Shown piece after piece: positions 16,835 to 26,347 of a stretch of DNA of 34,064 nucleotides. The translations under genes and the position numbers were made by a program. The number at the start of each line of letters is the position of its first letter. Position 1 is the stretch's first letter. Below the pieces are notes generated by a model, which was not told the DNA's origin, ran no database searches, and saw only the letters and a list, made by a program, of their open reading frames with translations. Source of the DNA: a virus (Duplodnaviria > Caudoviricetes); IMG/VR virus record IMGVR_UViG_3300048861_000263, positions 1 through 34,064 of that record; one strand, written 5' to 3'.

Positions 16835-17302
16835 ATGACGGCATCTGCATACGACATCCTGTTCTATGAGAATACCGGACACTCACCGGCTTGGCCTCTC
16901 GTTCCTCATGCGATGATCGAACTGGAAGTCAATGACTTTGACTTCCAACCTCATGTCGCCCCAGCATGGAGCGATCCATGCATGGCGGCCTTGGATCGGG
17001 ATGGAAAGGCAATCGCCTTCCTCATCTATCGATACGACGAGGTGAAGTGTTGCTGGTTCATTATCCTTGCTTGGGTCACAAAAGAGCGTCGTCGACAGGG
17101 GATTCATACCGCGATGTTCAAGGCTCTTGTCGCAAGGGCAACGAAGCGGGACGACATCCTTTCGATCGATTGCGGTACTCATGTCAATAACCTGACTGCT
17201 CAATCAGCGTTTGAGTCGCAAGGCCGATTGAAGGTCGCAATCATGTATTCCCTTCCATTGAGGGCCTGGCTAGCAGGCAAAGAGCCGACCGACGTTCCTT
17301 GA
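16835..17302 (+). CDS. GNAT-family N-acetyltransferase
   Basis: AWVTKERRRQGIHTAM (motif A) and HVNNLTAQSAFESQG (motif B). Confidence 0.85.
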   Translation: MTASAYDILFYENTGHSPAWPLVPHAMIELEVNDFDFQPHVAPAWSDPCMAALDRDGKAIAFLIYRYDEVKCCWFIILAWVTKERRRQGIHTAMFKALVARATKRDDILSIDCGTHVNNLTAQSAFESQGRLKVAIMYSLPLRAWLAGKEPTDVP

Positions 17303-17358
17303 CCCGCAGGTCGAGCCAGAGGCGTGAAACAGCCGAAAAGTTGGCGTTTCACGGCCTA

Positions 17359-17430
17359 GGGGGGTGGGTCGAAAGTCTGGAAGGTCCCTTCTCCCTAGAC
17401 CCGCGCCCCACTCATTCGGAGATTTTTTTC
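17359..17430 (+). other. Putative cos region
   Basis: G-run/GGGTC..AGACCCGCGCCCC..T-run non-coding stretch directly upstream of terS, the usual cos location in HNH-terS-terL phages. Confidence 0.55.
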
Positions 17431-17432
17431 TC

Positions 17433-17918
17433 GTGCCCCACGAAATCGACCTCTTCGGCAACCCTGTTGTCGACATCCGGAGAGCTGTCGGCCGACCGGC
17501 TCATGAGGTGACACAGAAAACGCGCAATAGAGTCAAGATGTTAGTGGCTCTTGGTTGGGCTAACCCTCGGATCGCGAACGCCTTGGCGATCTCTTTGCCG
17601 ACTTTGCGCAAGAATTATTTTCACGAACTGAAAGCGCGCGACGTTTCCCGCGACCAGCTCGAAGCGAGACGGTTGGAACTGGCGTGGGACCTTGCGGAGG
17701 CGGGAAACGTCGGGGCCTTCAAGGAATTCGGCAAGCTCATGGAGCGCAATGACCGGATGGAGATCGAGCGCGAGCTTTCGGTTGTTCCGAAGGTAGAGAA
17801 GCAGCCGCCCGCCGAGCGCGTCGGCAAGAAAGTTGCCGCAGAGCGGCGCGCAGTCGATGCCGACGCCGACCTGATGGCAGAACTTGAGATGGAAGCCACG
17901 CAGAATGCTCGCCATTGA
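17433..17918 (+). CDS. terS: Terminase small subunit (HTH)
   Basis: GRPAH..RIANALAISLPTLRKNYFHEL HTH; overlaps the terL start; start codon uncertain. Confidence 0.75.
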   Translation: MPHEIDLFGNPVVDIRRAVGRPAHEVTQKTRNRVKMLVALGWANPRIANALAISLPTLRKNYFHELKARDVSRDQLEARRLELAWDLAEAGNVGAFKEFGKLMERNDRMEIERELSVVPKVEKQPPAERVGKKVAAERRAVDADADLMAELEMEATQNARH

Positions 17919-19620
17919 TCATGACCTGCCACGCTTCGCTTGCCCCGATTGGTGGGATAGGCTGCAGGCGGGGCAAACTCCGATGGCCGATGTTCCGGTC
18001 AACCGGGAAAAGGCAGCGAAGGCGCTGGCGTTCTTCAACCGCCTTCGGCTCCCGGATGTTCCGGGCAACCCTAAACTGGCCGACGCTTGCGGTGAATGGT
18101 TCCGAGATATCCTCTGTGCCTTCCTCGCGAGCGAAGATCCAGAGACGAAGCTCCGGCTGGTTTGGGAGCTGATGTGCCTGGTGCCAAAGAAGAACTCAAA
18201 GACGACCTACGTCGCGGCCCTCGGGCTCACGGCTCTCTTCATGGAGGAGGCGCCGAACCGGCAGATGCTGATCGTTGCACCGAGCCAGAACATCTCGGAG
18301 CGCTGTTTCAGCCAGGCGCAGCTGATGATCGAGATCGATCCGAAGCTGAGCGACATATTCAAGGTCGAGGAATACAAGAAATCGATCATCCGTCACAAGA
18401 CGGGCACGCAGCTCGACGTCAAGACCTTCGACACGAAGATCGTCACCGGGGAAATTCCGGTCATCACGATCATCGACGAGGTGCATGAACTCGGCAAGGT
18501 GAGTAAGGCCGCGAAGGTCATGCAGCAGATCCGTGGCGGCGGCATCACGAAGCAGCGCGGTCAAGTCCTGATGATCACGACGCAGTCTGACGAGCCGCCC
18601 GCCGGCATCTGGAAAACGGAACTGGACAAGGCGCGCGCTATCCGTGATGGCAAGGGCGGATCGTCGCCGATCATGCTTCCGGTGCTTTATGAGTTCCCTC
18701 GGGATAAGCAGGTCGATCAGGACTATTGGCGCAACAAGGATAATTGGGGCTATGTTCTCCCCAATCTTGGCCTGTCCATCGATCCGCAGGCGCTTGTCGA
18801 TGACTACGAGAACAACGGCAAGGTCAACAAGGAAGCCGAACAGATCTGGACCAGCCAGCATCTCAATATAGAGATCGGTGTTGGTCTTGGCGGCGATGGT
18901 TGGTCCGGCGCCCTTCATTGGGAGAGTTGTGTCGACGACACGCTCACCGGGCTTGATACTTTGTTGAACCGATCTGAGGTCTGCACCATTGGTGTCGACT
19001 GGGGTGGCGCAGACGACCTTGCTGCACTTTATGTGATTGGCCGCGAGGCCGGGACGAAACGCTGGCTCGGTTGGGGTAAGGCTTGGGCTCGAAGGACAGT
19101 GTTCGAGCAGCGCAAGAGCATCGCGCCACGCCTGAAGCAGTTCGAGTCCGAAAAAGACCTGATCGTCTCAAAGTCTGGAGAGGATCAGGCCGCGTCCGCC
19201 GCAGAAATCTGTTTGAAGGTATATGAGTCAGGCCTTCTTCCAGAACATGATGGGATCGGACTTGATTCCGCTGGCATCGCTCTTTTGCTTGACGCGTTGG
19301 AGGATCGAAAGCTCGTCCAGCCGTTGGTGACCGCCGTCACGCAGGGATGGAAACTGCAAACTGCAATATCTTCCGTTCCGCTCAAACTTGAGGATCGACG
19401 GTTTGTTCACGGCGATCAGCAGATCATGGCTTGGTCTGTCGGGAATGCAAAACAAACGCTGAGGGGCAGCAACTACGTTGTCACCAAGGAAGTTTCCGGC
19501 GCGGCGAAAATCGACATGCTCATGGCGCTGTTCAACGCCGCGATGCTCATGTTCCTAAACCCGGAAGCTTCTGGCGCCGGCGAGGCTGACTACTTCAAAG
19601 AAATGGCGGGGGCAGCGTGA
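17905..19620 (+). CDS. terL: Terminase large subunit
   Basis: VPKKNSKTT Walker A, IIDEVH Walker B, ITTQ, GVDWGGADDL and KIDMLMA nuclease motifs. Confidence 0.95.
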   Translation: MLAIDHDLPRFACPDWWDRLQAGQTPMADVPVNREKAAKALAFFNRLRLPDVPGNPKLADACGEWFRDILCAFLASEDPETKLRLVWELMCLVPKKNSKTTYVAALGLTALFMEEAPNRQMLIVAPSQNISERCFSQAQLMIEIDPKLSDIFKVEEYKKSIIRHKTGTQLDVKTFDTKIVTGEIPVITIIDEVHELGKVSKAAKVMQQIRGGGITKQRGQVLMITTQSDEPPAGIWKTELDKARAIRDGKGGSSPIMLPVLYEFPRDKQVDQDYWRNKDNWGYVLPNLGLSIDPQALVDDYENNGKVNKEAEQIWTSQHLNIEIGVGLGGDGWSGALHWESCVDDTLTGLDTLLNRSEVCTIGVDWGGADDLAALYVIGREAGTKRWLGWGKAWARRTVFEQRKSIAPRLKQFESEKDLIVSKSGEDQAASAAEICLKVYESGLLPEHDGIGLDSAGIALLLDALEDRKLVQPLVTAVTQGWKLQTAISSVPLKLEDRRFVHGDQQIMAWSVGNAKQTLRGSNYVVTKEVSGAAKIDMLMALFNAAMLMFLNPEASGAGEADYFKEMAGAA

Positions 19621-20834
19621 ACATTTTCCGCAAGATGGTAAATGTGATCAGCAGATCGTTGTCGATGCAAAAGCCTGACGGGTGGCGCGGCAGCCGCGAG
19701 AGCGACACTGGTGAAGTCGTCAATCAGGGGACCGCGCTAACCATTTCGGCGGTGTGGGCCTGCGTCAACCTGATTGCAGGCACGATTTCGTCTCTGCCTG
19801 TCATGGTCTACAAAACGGACAGCAAGGGCAATCGCGTTGTCGCGAAGGATCACCCTCTATATCGCCTCCTTCACGATAGCCCCAATTTCGATCAGACGGC
19901 GGTCGATTTCTGGGAGTTCATCTCGATCTCGATAGAATTATGGGGCAATGCCTACGCCAAGATAGAGCGCGGCGCCGGGAAAATCCTGTCGCTTACGCCG
20001 ATCAACCCTGCCCTGGTTAATGTAAGGCGGCTAGATAGCGGCGTCATTGAATATCGTTGGACTGCAGATGGCATTTCGTACGTCGAGACAGAGGCGAACG
20101 TCTTGCATATTCGTGGATTCGGTGGCGACCCGCTCGGCGGGTTCTCCACTCTCCATTTTGCGCGACATGCACTTGGCTTGGCTCGCACTATCAACGAGGC
20201 CGCCGGGAAGACTTTCAAGAACGGGATGCGTCCCGGCGTCACGCTCACCTTCGAAAAGTGGCTGTCGAAGGAGCAACGCAATTCGATCGAGGGAAAGCTC
20301 GAAGACAAGTTCACCGGCGCGGTGAACGCTGGCCGTCCATTCATCTTAGAGGGCGGACAAAAGCTTCAGGTCATCGACATGAAGCCGGAGGACGCGCAAA
20401 TGCTGCAGTCTCGCGGTTTTTCAATCGAAGAGGCATGCAGGTTCTTCGGGACGCCGCCCTTCATGATCGGCCACAACGAGAAAGCCAGTGGCTACCCGAC
20501 CAGCCTAGACGGTCAGGTGCTGATGTTTCAGAAATTCACGCTTCGCCGTCGCCTCAAGCGGAACGAGCAGGCACTGGAAAAACAGCTCCTAACTCCGCAG
20601 GACCGCGCAGCTGGCATCACGATCGAATTCAATCTCGAAGGGCTCCTGCGCGGCGACAGTGCTGCACGCTCAGCTTTCTATCAGCAGATGACGATCATCG
20701 GCGCCATGACGATCAATGAAGTACGAGCCCGCGAAAATCTACCTGCGGTCGAAGGCGGCGACGTCCCTCGGATGCAGATGCAAAACGTCCCGATTACACA
20801 AAGCGGGAAGATCCAAGATGGCACGGTCAATTGA
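19617..20834 (+). CDS. HK97-family portal protein
   Basis: SAVWACVNLIAGTISSLP, GNAYA, VLHIRGF, FNLEGLLRGD and TINEVR motifs. Confidence 0.96.
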   Translation: MNIFRKMVNVISRSLSMQKPDGWRGSRESDTGEVVNQGTALTISAVWACVNLIAGTISSLPVMVYKTDSKGNRVVAKDHPLYRLLHDSPNFDQTAVDFWEFISISIELWGNAYAKIERGAGKILSLTPINPALVNVRRLDSGVIEYRWTADGISYVETEANVLHIRGFGGDPLGGFSTLHFARHALGLARTINEAAGKTFKNGMRPGVTLTFEKWLSKEQRNSIEGKLEDKFTGAVNAGRPFILEGGQKLQVIDMKPEDAQMLQSRGFSIEEACRFFGTPPFMIGHNEKASGYPTSLDGQVLMFQKFTLRRRLKRNEQALEKQLLTPQDRAAGITIEFNLEGLLRGDSAARSAFYQQMTIIGAMTINEVRARENLPAVEGGDVPRMQMQNVPITQSGKIQDGTVN

Positions 20835-20850
20835 ATTTGCGGAGTGCGAG

Positions 20851-21507
20851 ATGACACAGACATACGATTTCATCCTCGACACGAAGAGCGTGCAGGATAC
20901 CGGTGAGTTCGAAGGCTACGCTTCGACGTTTGGAAACGTCGACCAGGGCGGAGATGTCGTCGAGCCAGGTGCCTTTATAGAGAGTATAGTCAAATCGAAG
21001 GCGGACAAGCGCACGATACCGATGCTCTGGCAGCACAAGCAGCAGGAGCCCATCGGCTACTGGAAGGATCTTGCCGAAGACAGCAAGGGTCTCTACGTCA
21101 AGGGGCAGCTCCTGATCGACGATGATCCTCTCGCCCGGCGCGCTCACGCTCACCTCAAAGCGAAAAGCATCGGCGGCATGTCGATAGGCTACCGTATTCC
21201 GCCCGGAGGCATCGTCGAGGACGAAAAGCGTCGCGGCGTTAGCCGCCTCAAAACGGTCGACTTGCGCGAAATTTCGCTCGTTACCATGCCGATGAACCTA
21301 GAAGCACGAGTGACATCGGTAAAATCCATTCTCGCGGCCGGAAATATGCCGACCGTTCGTGAATTTGAGGAATTCCTGAGGGAATCAGGCGGTTTCTCGA
21401 AAGCCCTTGCGACGGCAATCGCCAGCAAGGCCGCTCCACACCTTCGGGGGGAACCTGAAGGTCAACCAAGCGACGTTTCCGCCTTCCTGCAGGCTCTCCT
21501 GCGCTAA
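20851..21507 (+). CDS. HK97-family prohead protease
   Basis: FEGYASTFGNVD, MLWQH, GMSIGY and EISLVTMP motifs. Confidence 0.95.
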   Translation: MTQTYDFILDTKSVQDTGEFEGYASTFGNVDQGGDVVEPGAFIESIVKSKADKRTIPMLWQHKQQEPIGYWKDLAEDSKGLYVKGQLLIDDDPLARRAHAHLKAKSIGGMSIGYRIPPGGIVEDEKRRGVSRLKTVDLREISLVTMPMNLEARVTSVKSILAAGNMPTVREFEEFLRESGGFSKALATAIASKAAPHLRGEPEGQPSDVSAFLQALLR

Positions 21508-21529
21508 CCCATCCTCCCTTGGAGAAATC

Positions 21530-22837
21530 ATGATGAAGAAGTCGCATCTTTATGCATCGGCTGCGTTTGCCCTGTTGGGCGCGATGACGCCGAACGAACG
21601 TGCTGCCGGTCGCTACCTGCGCGACGGCGGAGGTCATCCGGACCCGAAAACTGCCGAGCAGCTCGCTGCAGAAGTCAAGACTCTCTTCAAGGAGAGCTTG
21701 GACAAGGTCAAGGAAGTTGCCGAGGAAGCGCTCGGTAAAGCAAAGGCCGGCGAAGTGCTCTCTTCGTCTCTGACGCAGAAAGCAGACGAAGCGTTGGTAA
21801 AAATGAACGGCCTGCAAGAGCAGGTTGCCGAGATGGAACAGAAGCTTGCTCGCGCTAAAAACGCTGGCGAGACGGCCGAAAAGACACTCGGTCAGCAGTT
21901 CGTCGAGGATGCGAAGGTCAAGGAATTTCTCGGCGGGGCACAGCCGCGTGGTCGCGTCGACATGCAAGTCAAGGCGATCATCACGTCGGCGACTACGAAC
22001 GCCGCCGGCTCGGCGGGTGCCGCAGTCCAAAACACGCGTCTTGACGGTATTGTGGAGCTTCCGCAGCGTCGTATGACGGTTCGCGACCTCATTACGCCCG
22101 GTCGGATGGATGGCAGCACGCTCGAATACGTGCAGGAAGTCCTCTTCACCAACAATGCCGGCATGGTGGCGGAATCGGCAGCAAAGCCGCAGTCTGATCT
22201 CCAGTTCAGCCTGAAGTCGACGACCGCAAAGGTGATTGCGCATTACTTCAAGGCATCTCGACAGATCCTCGAAGATTTTGCACAGCTGCAATCGACGATC
22301 GATCAGCGCGGCCGTTACGGCCTGGCCTTCAAGGAAGAGGGTCAGCTCCTGAACGGTGATGGAACCGGTCAGAACCTGCTCGGCATCATCCCGCAGGCGA
22401 CTGCCTACGCTGCGCCGATCACACTGACCAATCCGACCAGCATCGACATGATGCGCTTGGCGATGCTGCAGGCGGCTCTAGCGGAGTTTCCGGCAACTGG
22501 CCATGTCATGAATCCGATCGATTGGGCATGGGTCGAAACCCTGAAGGATGCAGGCGGTAACTACATCATCGGCAATCCGCAGGGATCGATTGCGCCGACG
22601 CTCTGGGGTCTGCCTGTCGTTACCACGCAGGCGATGTCTGTCGACAAGTTCCTGACGGGCGCCTTCAAGCTTGGCGCGCAGCTGTTCGATCGCTGGCTTG
22701 CCCGTGTCGAGATCGCTACCGAAAACGAAGACGACTTCATCAAGAACCTGATCACGATGCTGTGCGAAGAGCGCCTGGCGCTCGCCGTATACCGTCCTCA
22801 GGCCTTCATTTACGGCGACTTTGGTCGCGTCGCCTGA
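21530..22837 (+). CDS. HK97-family major capsid protein
   Basis: Coiled-coil delta domain; VAESAAKP, LLNGDGTG, LWGLPVV and EERLALAVYRP motifs. Confidence 0.96.
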   Translation: MMKKSHLYASAAFALLGAMTPNERAAGRYLRDGGGHPDPKTAEQLAAEVKTLFKESLDKVKEVAEEALGKAKAGEVLSSSLTQKADEALVKMNGLQEQVAEMEQKLARAKNAGETAEKTLGQQFVEDAKVKEFLGGAQPRGRVDMQVKAIITSATTNAAGSAGAAVQNTRLDGIVELPQRRMTVRDLITPGRMDGSTLEYVQEVLFTNNAGMVAESAAKPQSDLQFSLKSTTAKVIAHYFKASRQILEDFAQLQSTIDQRGRYGLAFKEEGQLLNGDGTGQNLLGIIPQATAYAAPITLTNPTSIDMMRLAMLQAALAEFPATGHVMNPIDWAWVETLKDAGGNYIIGNPQGSIAPTLWGLPVVTTQAMSVDKFLTGAFKLGAQLFDRWLARVEIATENEDDFIKNLITMLCEERLALAVYRPQAFIYGDFGRVA

Positions 22838-22852
22838 TCTTCGGCTCGTCAC

Positions 22853-22876
22853 AGCGGCCGGCTTTGCCCGGCCGCT
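22853..22876 (+). terminator. Hairpin after the capsid gene
   Basis: AGCGGCCGG-CTTTGC-CCGGCCGCT; weak U-tract. Confidence 0.55.
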
Positions 22877-22898
22877 TCACGAACCGAAGGAGAGCAGC

Positions 22899-23252
22899 AT
22901 GAGTAAGATTGTAAAGTATGACGTGCTCCGAGAGCACGAAGGCGACCGGCATTACAGGCGCGGCGAAAAGCGTGATCTGGACGAGAACGAAGCTCGTCAT
23001 CTCGTAGAGCTCTGCGTCCTCGTCGAAGCCCACGACGATGTCGACGACGCGCCCGAGCCGGAGGGCGGCGACACGCGCTGGCATAAAAGATTGGACGGCC
23101 CTTCAATTGCATCGAGCCAAATATTTTTCATTGTGAGAATTTCGGAAAAATTCCACGCGGAAAGTCGGGCTTTGGCCGACCAAAGAGAACGCGAGACGAA
23201 ATCGCTGAGCGGCGTTCTAATTTCCCTTTATCTGACGGCCCGACGATGGTGA
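22899..23252 (+). pseudogene. Small post-capsid gene, apparently truncated and read through a deletion junction near 23070-23090
   Basis: Strong AAGGAG RBS; YDVLREHEGDRHYRRGEKR phage-like start; composition shifts to AT-richer after 23080. Confidence 0.55.
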
Positions 23253-23411
23253 ATCTGCGAGGAGCTGGACGATTCTGCATAAAATCGTACGCAAATTTCA
23301 CGCTCTCTATCAACCAGACTTCGCGACGACGGCATCTTCAGCCTGTCGAGAAAATTGAAGTCTTGAGTAATCGGGTTAGGTAGCGCTGAACATTCATACG
23401 ACTAATGGAGA

Positions 23412-23630
23412 ATGGTCGCCGTGAGCAAATTCGAGGTGAAGAACGCGATCCGGCTGTTGTTCTATAAGTGGCATGCGAATTACGCAGCCAAGGGAGCGTT
23501 CCCGGATCTACGGGCATTCATCGAATGGCTCGATACAAGCGGCTACGGGCATTATCTGCAGTTTCAATGCGAGACGTCCGCAGCCCAAGAAGTGCGGGCC
23601 TGGTTCACAGAGGAATTCGCCAGGGCGTAA
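23412..23630 (+). CDS. Hypothetical protein (72 aa)
   Basis: GGAG RBS; compact globular-looking sequence. Confidence 0.6.
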   Translation: MVAVSKFEVKNAIRLLFYKWHANYAAKGAFPDLRAFIEWLDTSGYGHYLQFQCETSAAQEVRAWFTEEFARA

Positions 23631-23664
23631 GGCGCCGCTACCGCGCGGCGCCCTCATCACGATA

Positions 23665-23961
23665 TCAGACACCGCCCAAGTTGCGGTCAGACCGTCGCGT
23701 CAAGAAGGGCTGAGCGTCTCCCACGCTAGCAAGCTGACCTTGCTGCTTTAGGAAGCGGCGGAAGTTTTCGCGGACGACTTCCGCGGAAAATTCGCCCTTT
23801 GCAGCTCTCCTGCATACATCGACCATCGTCTCGTATGCCAGGTTTCGCTTTTCCTCAGGCCATTCGTCAAGGAAATCGAAGACGTCATCGAGGCCAGCGA
23901 TTTCCTGCACAAAATACTTCCGCTGCGCATAGAGCGGGTGGTCGAAAACGTCGAGCGCCAT
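23665..23961 (-). CDS. DUF982 family protein
   Basis: FDHPL..DVFDFLDEWP..VCRRA..VRENFRRF pattern; AGGAGGT RBS. Confidence 0.75.
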   Translation of the reverse strand: MALDVFDHPLYAQRKYFVQEIAGLDDVFDFLDEWPEEKRNLAYETMVDVCRRAAKGEFSAEVVRENFRRFLKQQGQLASVGDAQPFLTRRSDRNLGGV

Positions 23962-24017
23962 TTCTACCTCCTTTTCTGGCGTTGGTGGCGCTGATCTAGG
24001 TGGGCGAGTTTTCTCGT

Positions 24018-24290
24018 TCAAGACGCCGCAGAGCGCATATTGCGCAGGAGGGCTTCGGCTATTCTTTCACCGCTGCCGTCATAGCCATTTGAGGGACAGA
24101 ACTCTTCAGCGTAGCCGTTGAAATCCGCTTCGTCGCCATTCGGCTCGATGTCTGACGTGTCGTGCTCAAGGTCGCCGTTGTCTTCAATGTTCTCGTCGCC
24201 GTCCAACTCGTCGAGCAGCATAATGAGGCGCTCGATCCAGGTTTCGACCACGGCTCGCCGGAACTGGTGAATTGAAGGGCTAATGCTCAT
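24018..24290 (-). CDS. Acidic hypothetical protein
   Basis: IERLIMLLDELDGDENIEDNGDLE; overlaps the upstream gene stop. Confidence 0.65.
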   Translation of the reverse strand: MSISPSIHQFRRAVVETWIERLIMLLDELDGDENIEDNGDLEHDTSDIEPNGDEADFNGYAEEFCPSNGYDGSGERIAEALLRNMRSAAS

Positions 24291-24903
24291 CCGATGACCC
24301 CTCCTCGCTCTTCGACGACTTGCACCCGAAGCTCCGAAAAGATCGAACGAACGCCTCGGCATCTTCAAATCCCAGGGCTCCCGTTGCCTGCAGCGCTGCG
24401 AGATATCGCCCCTTGAGGACGACGTTGGCGATCGACACGCATGGAAGGCTGATAAGCGCGGAGAGGGCGTCGGTCTCCTGTCTGGCAATGGCGTCGCCGC
24501 CAGCATGTTTGTATTCCTTCGAGCGACTGTCATGTCTGCCCAGAAGCCCGTCCAGCGCGATATACGCCCCCCGGTGCTGGTCAATCAGTTCGACAAGCTC
24601 CCTGCGCTCCTTGGCCTCCTGCCCCGCAATGCACATCACACGACTTACCGAGGCGGGGTCATCATCAGGGGCGAACTGACCGAAGCAGCTCGCAGCGGTC
24701 ATGGAATAGAAGAATTCCTGCATAGTAAGGCTCGGAATTGCGCGCATCTTTCGCTCGGCTTCGAGCAGTTCGGCTGTAAATTCGTCAGCCTCCGCGTCGT
24801 CGAGCTCATATTGCGTGGTGTAGATTACTCGCCACTTTTCGAAAAGGGAGGCGATGGGGCTTTCATCGGGACGGAACTGGATGATAGGCAGCGTGCTAGC
24901 CAT
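24280..24903 (-). CDS. Hypothetical protein (207 aa)
   Basis: GAGGA RBS; helical; preceded by a hairpin at 24934-24967. Confidence 0.7.
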   Translation of the reverse strand: MASTLPIIQFRPDESPIASLFEKWRVIYTTQYELDDAEADEFTAELLEAERKMRAIPSLTMQEFFYSMTAASCFGQFAPDDDPASVSRVMCIAGQEAKERRELVELIDQHRGAYIALDGLLGRHDSRSKEYKHAGGDAIARQETDALSALISLPCVSIANVVLKGRYLAALQATGALGFEDAEAFVRSFRSFGCKSSKSEEGSSDEH

Positions 24904-24970
24904 TTTTGATTCCTCGTATTTTCAAGATGGTCAGGATCGGGGCAAGTCTGGGAGCTTCTCCCGATCCGCC

Positions 24971-25585
24971 CTAGCCAGTTGCCTCCGTTGCCAGAGCGGA
25001 GGCGTTCAATTCACGAAGGGTCTCCTTCCGGAACTCACGGCACCAAGCTTGGTACTGGACGACTGCGGAAAGACGGATGACTTCTTCTTCGGGCGTCGCA
25101 CCGGTCGTTTCGCCCAGGAAATCGAGCAGGTTTGAGCGCTGTCCCGAGAGATACTCGTGAAGCTCCAACAAGAAGCCGGATGCATGCCGCTCTTTGATGG
25201 CGCTGTTTTCCATGGAGTAGCCGAGCGCGTGGGTGACTTCCTCGATCGTGTCGAGCGCGCGTATGAGCCTGGAGATGTCCTCAATTGACATGATTCCTGT
25301 ACCCCAATCCCCGGTTTCGGCATCGAAGGTGGACAGGAGAAAGAAGCGGCCGGCAGCCGATGCCGTGGCAATGGCCTGCGCCTTGATGACGACGCCTACC
25401 ATGGTGCGATCCGGTTCCCGGAGGATGGCCTTGAGAGCTTCGGAAAAGGCCTTCTCGGCGTCGTCGAGACGCTTATGGAGGTTTTCGATATCCGACCGCG
25501 CCTTGATGCTGTCGCGCTCGGCCTCATAGTCACGAGCTACGGCATACTTTTCGTAGTAGCCATCAATGAGCTGCCGGTATCCTTC
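24971..25585 (-). pseudogene. 5'-truncated hypothetical gene (possibly two fused remnants)
   Basis: Protein-like reading frame begins only at the terS breakpoint and has no credible start. Confidence 0.5.
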
Positions 25586-25842
25586 GCGCTTTCGATCGGC
25601 GGCACGGTGAAGGTGATGGCACGCGGCACCGGCGCCGGCCGCGGATGCAGATAGGCGGCGGCCTTCTCGGCGGCCCAATCCCGGCGCTTCTGGTCGGCGG
25701 TATCGTCCATCATCACCTCCAGCAGGTATTCCAGCGGCGACTTGCCGGACCCGAGGACGTCAGCAGCCATCTCAACCGTGCGCTGGTTGAGCGACCCTGG
25801 CTTTCGTCCCGATCCCGGCCTTGCGCCTCCAACTTTCGACAT
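25537..25842 (-). pseudogene. terS: Terminase small subunit-like gene, probably 3'-truncated
   Basis: GGARPGSGRKPGSLN..PLEYLLEVM..RRDWAAEKAAAYLHPR; AGGA RBS. Confidence 0.65.
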
Positions 25843-25862
25843 ATGGTATTTCCTGATTGTTT

Positions 25863-26111
25863 TCAGCGCATTGCATTGACAGAGAGCAGCTCGATAGGGG
25901 CGTCGGTTCGTTGAACCCCGCCGCGCTCGTCGAGGTAAAAGGTCTTGAGGCAAACGACGAGATCAGACCGGGTGACCTTGTAGCCCCTTCTTTCGAGAAA
26001 TTCCGCCCCGTCGCTTTCGCTATGGTCCGGTCCGGTCCGAAGTGCGAAGATGCGGCCGTTCCCCGTTACATGCCCCTCTAGGCGCTCCAGGCGCTTAGCA
26101 AGCGTGTTCAT
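25863..26111 (-). CDS. Small hypothetical protein with LAKRLERLE N-terminus
   Basis: ATGA-coupled, 82 aa. Confidence 0.7.
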   Translation of the reverse strand: MNTLAKRLERLEGHVTGNGRIFALRTGPDHSESDGAEFLERRGYKVTRSDLVVCLKTFYLDERGGVQRTDAPIELLSVNAMR

Positions 26112-26347
26112 GACCAATACCCCCACAGTGGACGTTGAGGCCGTGCAGCGTAGTTCGCAGGAGCTTTGACGCTCATCACGATGATGGGTTGGTCAGCGGA
26201 TCGCATGACCTGCTGCTCGGCAAGGAAAGCATCGATTTCCCCCTTGCTATGACCGTCTGCTACGACCGTGTAGGCATGCCGCCATTGCCGCGGACTGCTA
26301 ACGACTTCAAGCTTGCGAAGGCGATTCTCGATCGCTGCTGTGGCCAT
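26108..26347 (-). CDS. Small hypothetical protein with IENRLRKLE N-terminus
   Basis: TGATG-coupled, 79 aa. Confidence 0.7.
   Translation of the reverse strand: MATAAIENRLRKLEVVSSPRQWRHAYTVVADGHSKGEIDAFLAEQQVMRSADQPIIVMSVKAPANYAARPQRPLWGYWS

Larger units (their letters stand above)
129..23080. mobile_element. Defective lambdoid prophage with HK97-type head, truncated after the capsid gene
   Basis: Gene order int-xis-early left-cI-cro-cII-MTases-rep-NusG-HNH-cos-terS-terL-portal-protease-capsid; no neck, tail or lysis genes; right boundary approximate. Confidence 0.9.

Noticed and set aside
529-22291. Long antisense or alternate-frame ORFs (e.g. 529-1446, 4412-5242, 9901-10965, 21281-22291)
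   Set aside because: Shadows of well-supported genes in high-GC DNA, with no motifs or RBS
17433-23080. Capsid-forming PICI interpretation of the tail-less head module
   Set aside because: It belongs to a full lambdoid cI/cro/rep/late layout, lacks the head-tail connector and adaptor genes that cf-PICIs keep, and ends in a truncated gene
23083-23136. Possible 3' end of a deleted gene (IKDWTALQLHRAKYFSL*) at the prophage/satellite junction
   Set aside because: Too short to support without a homology search
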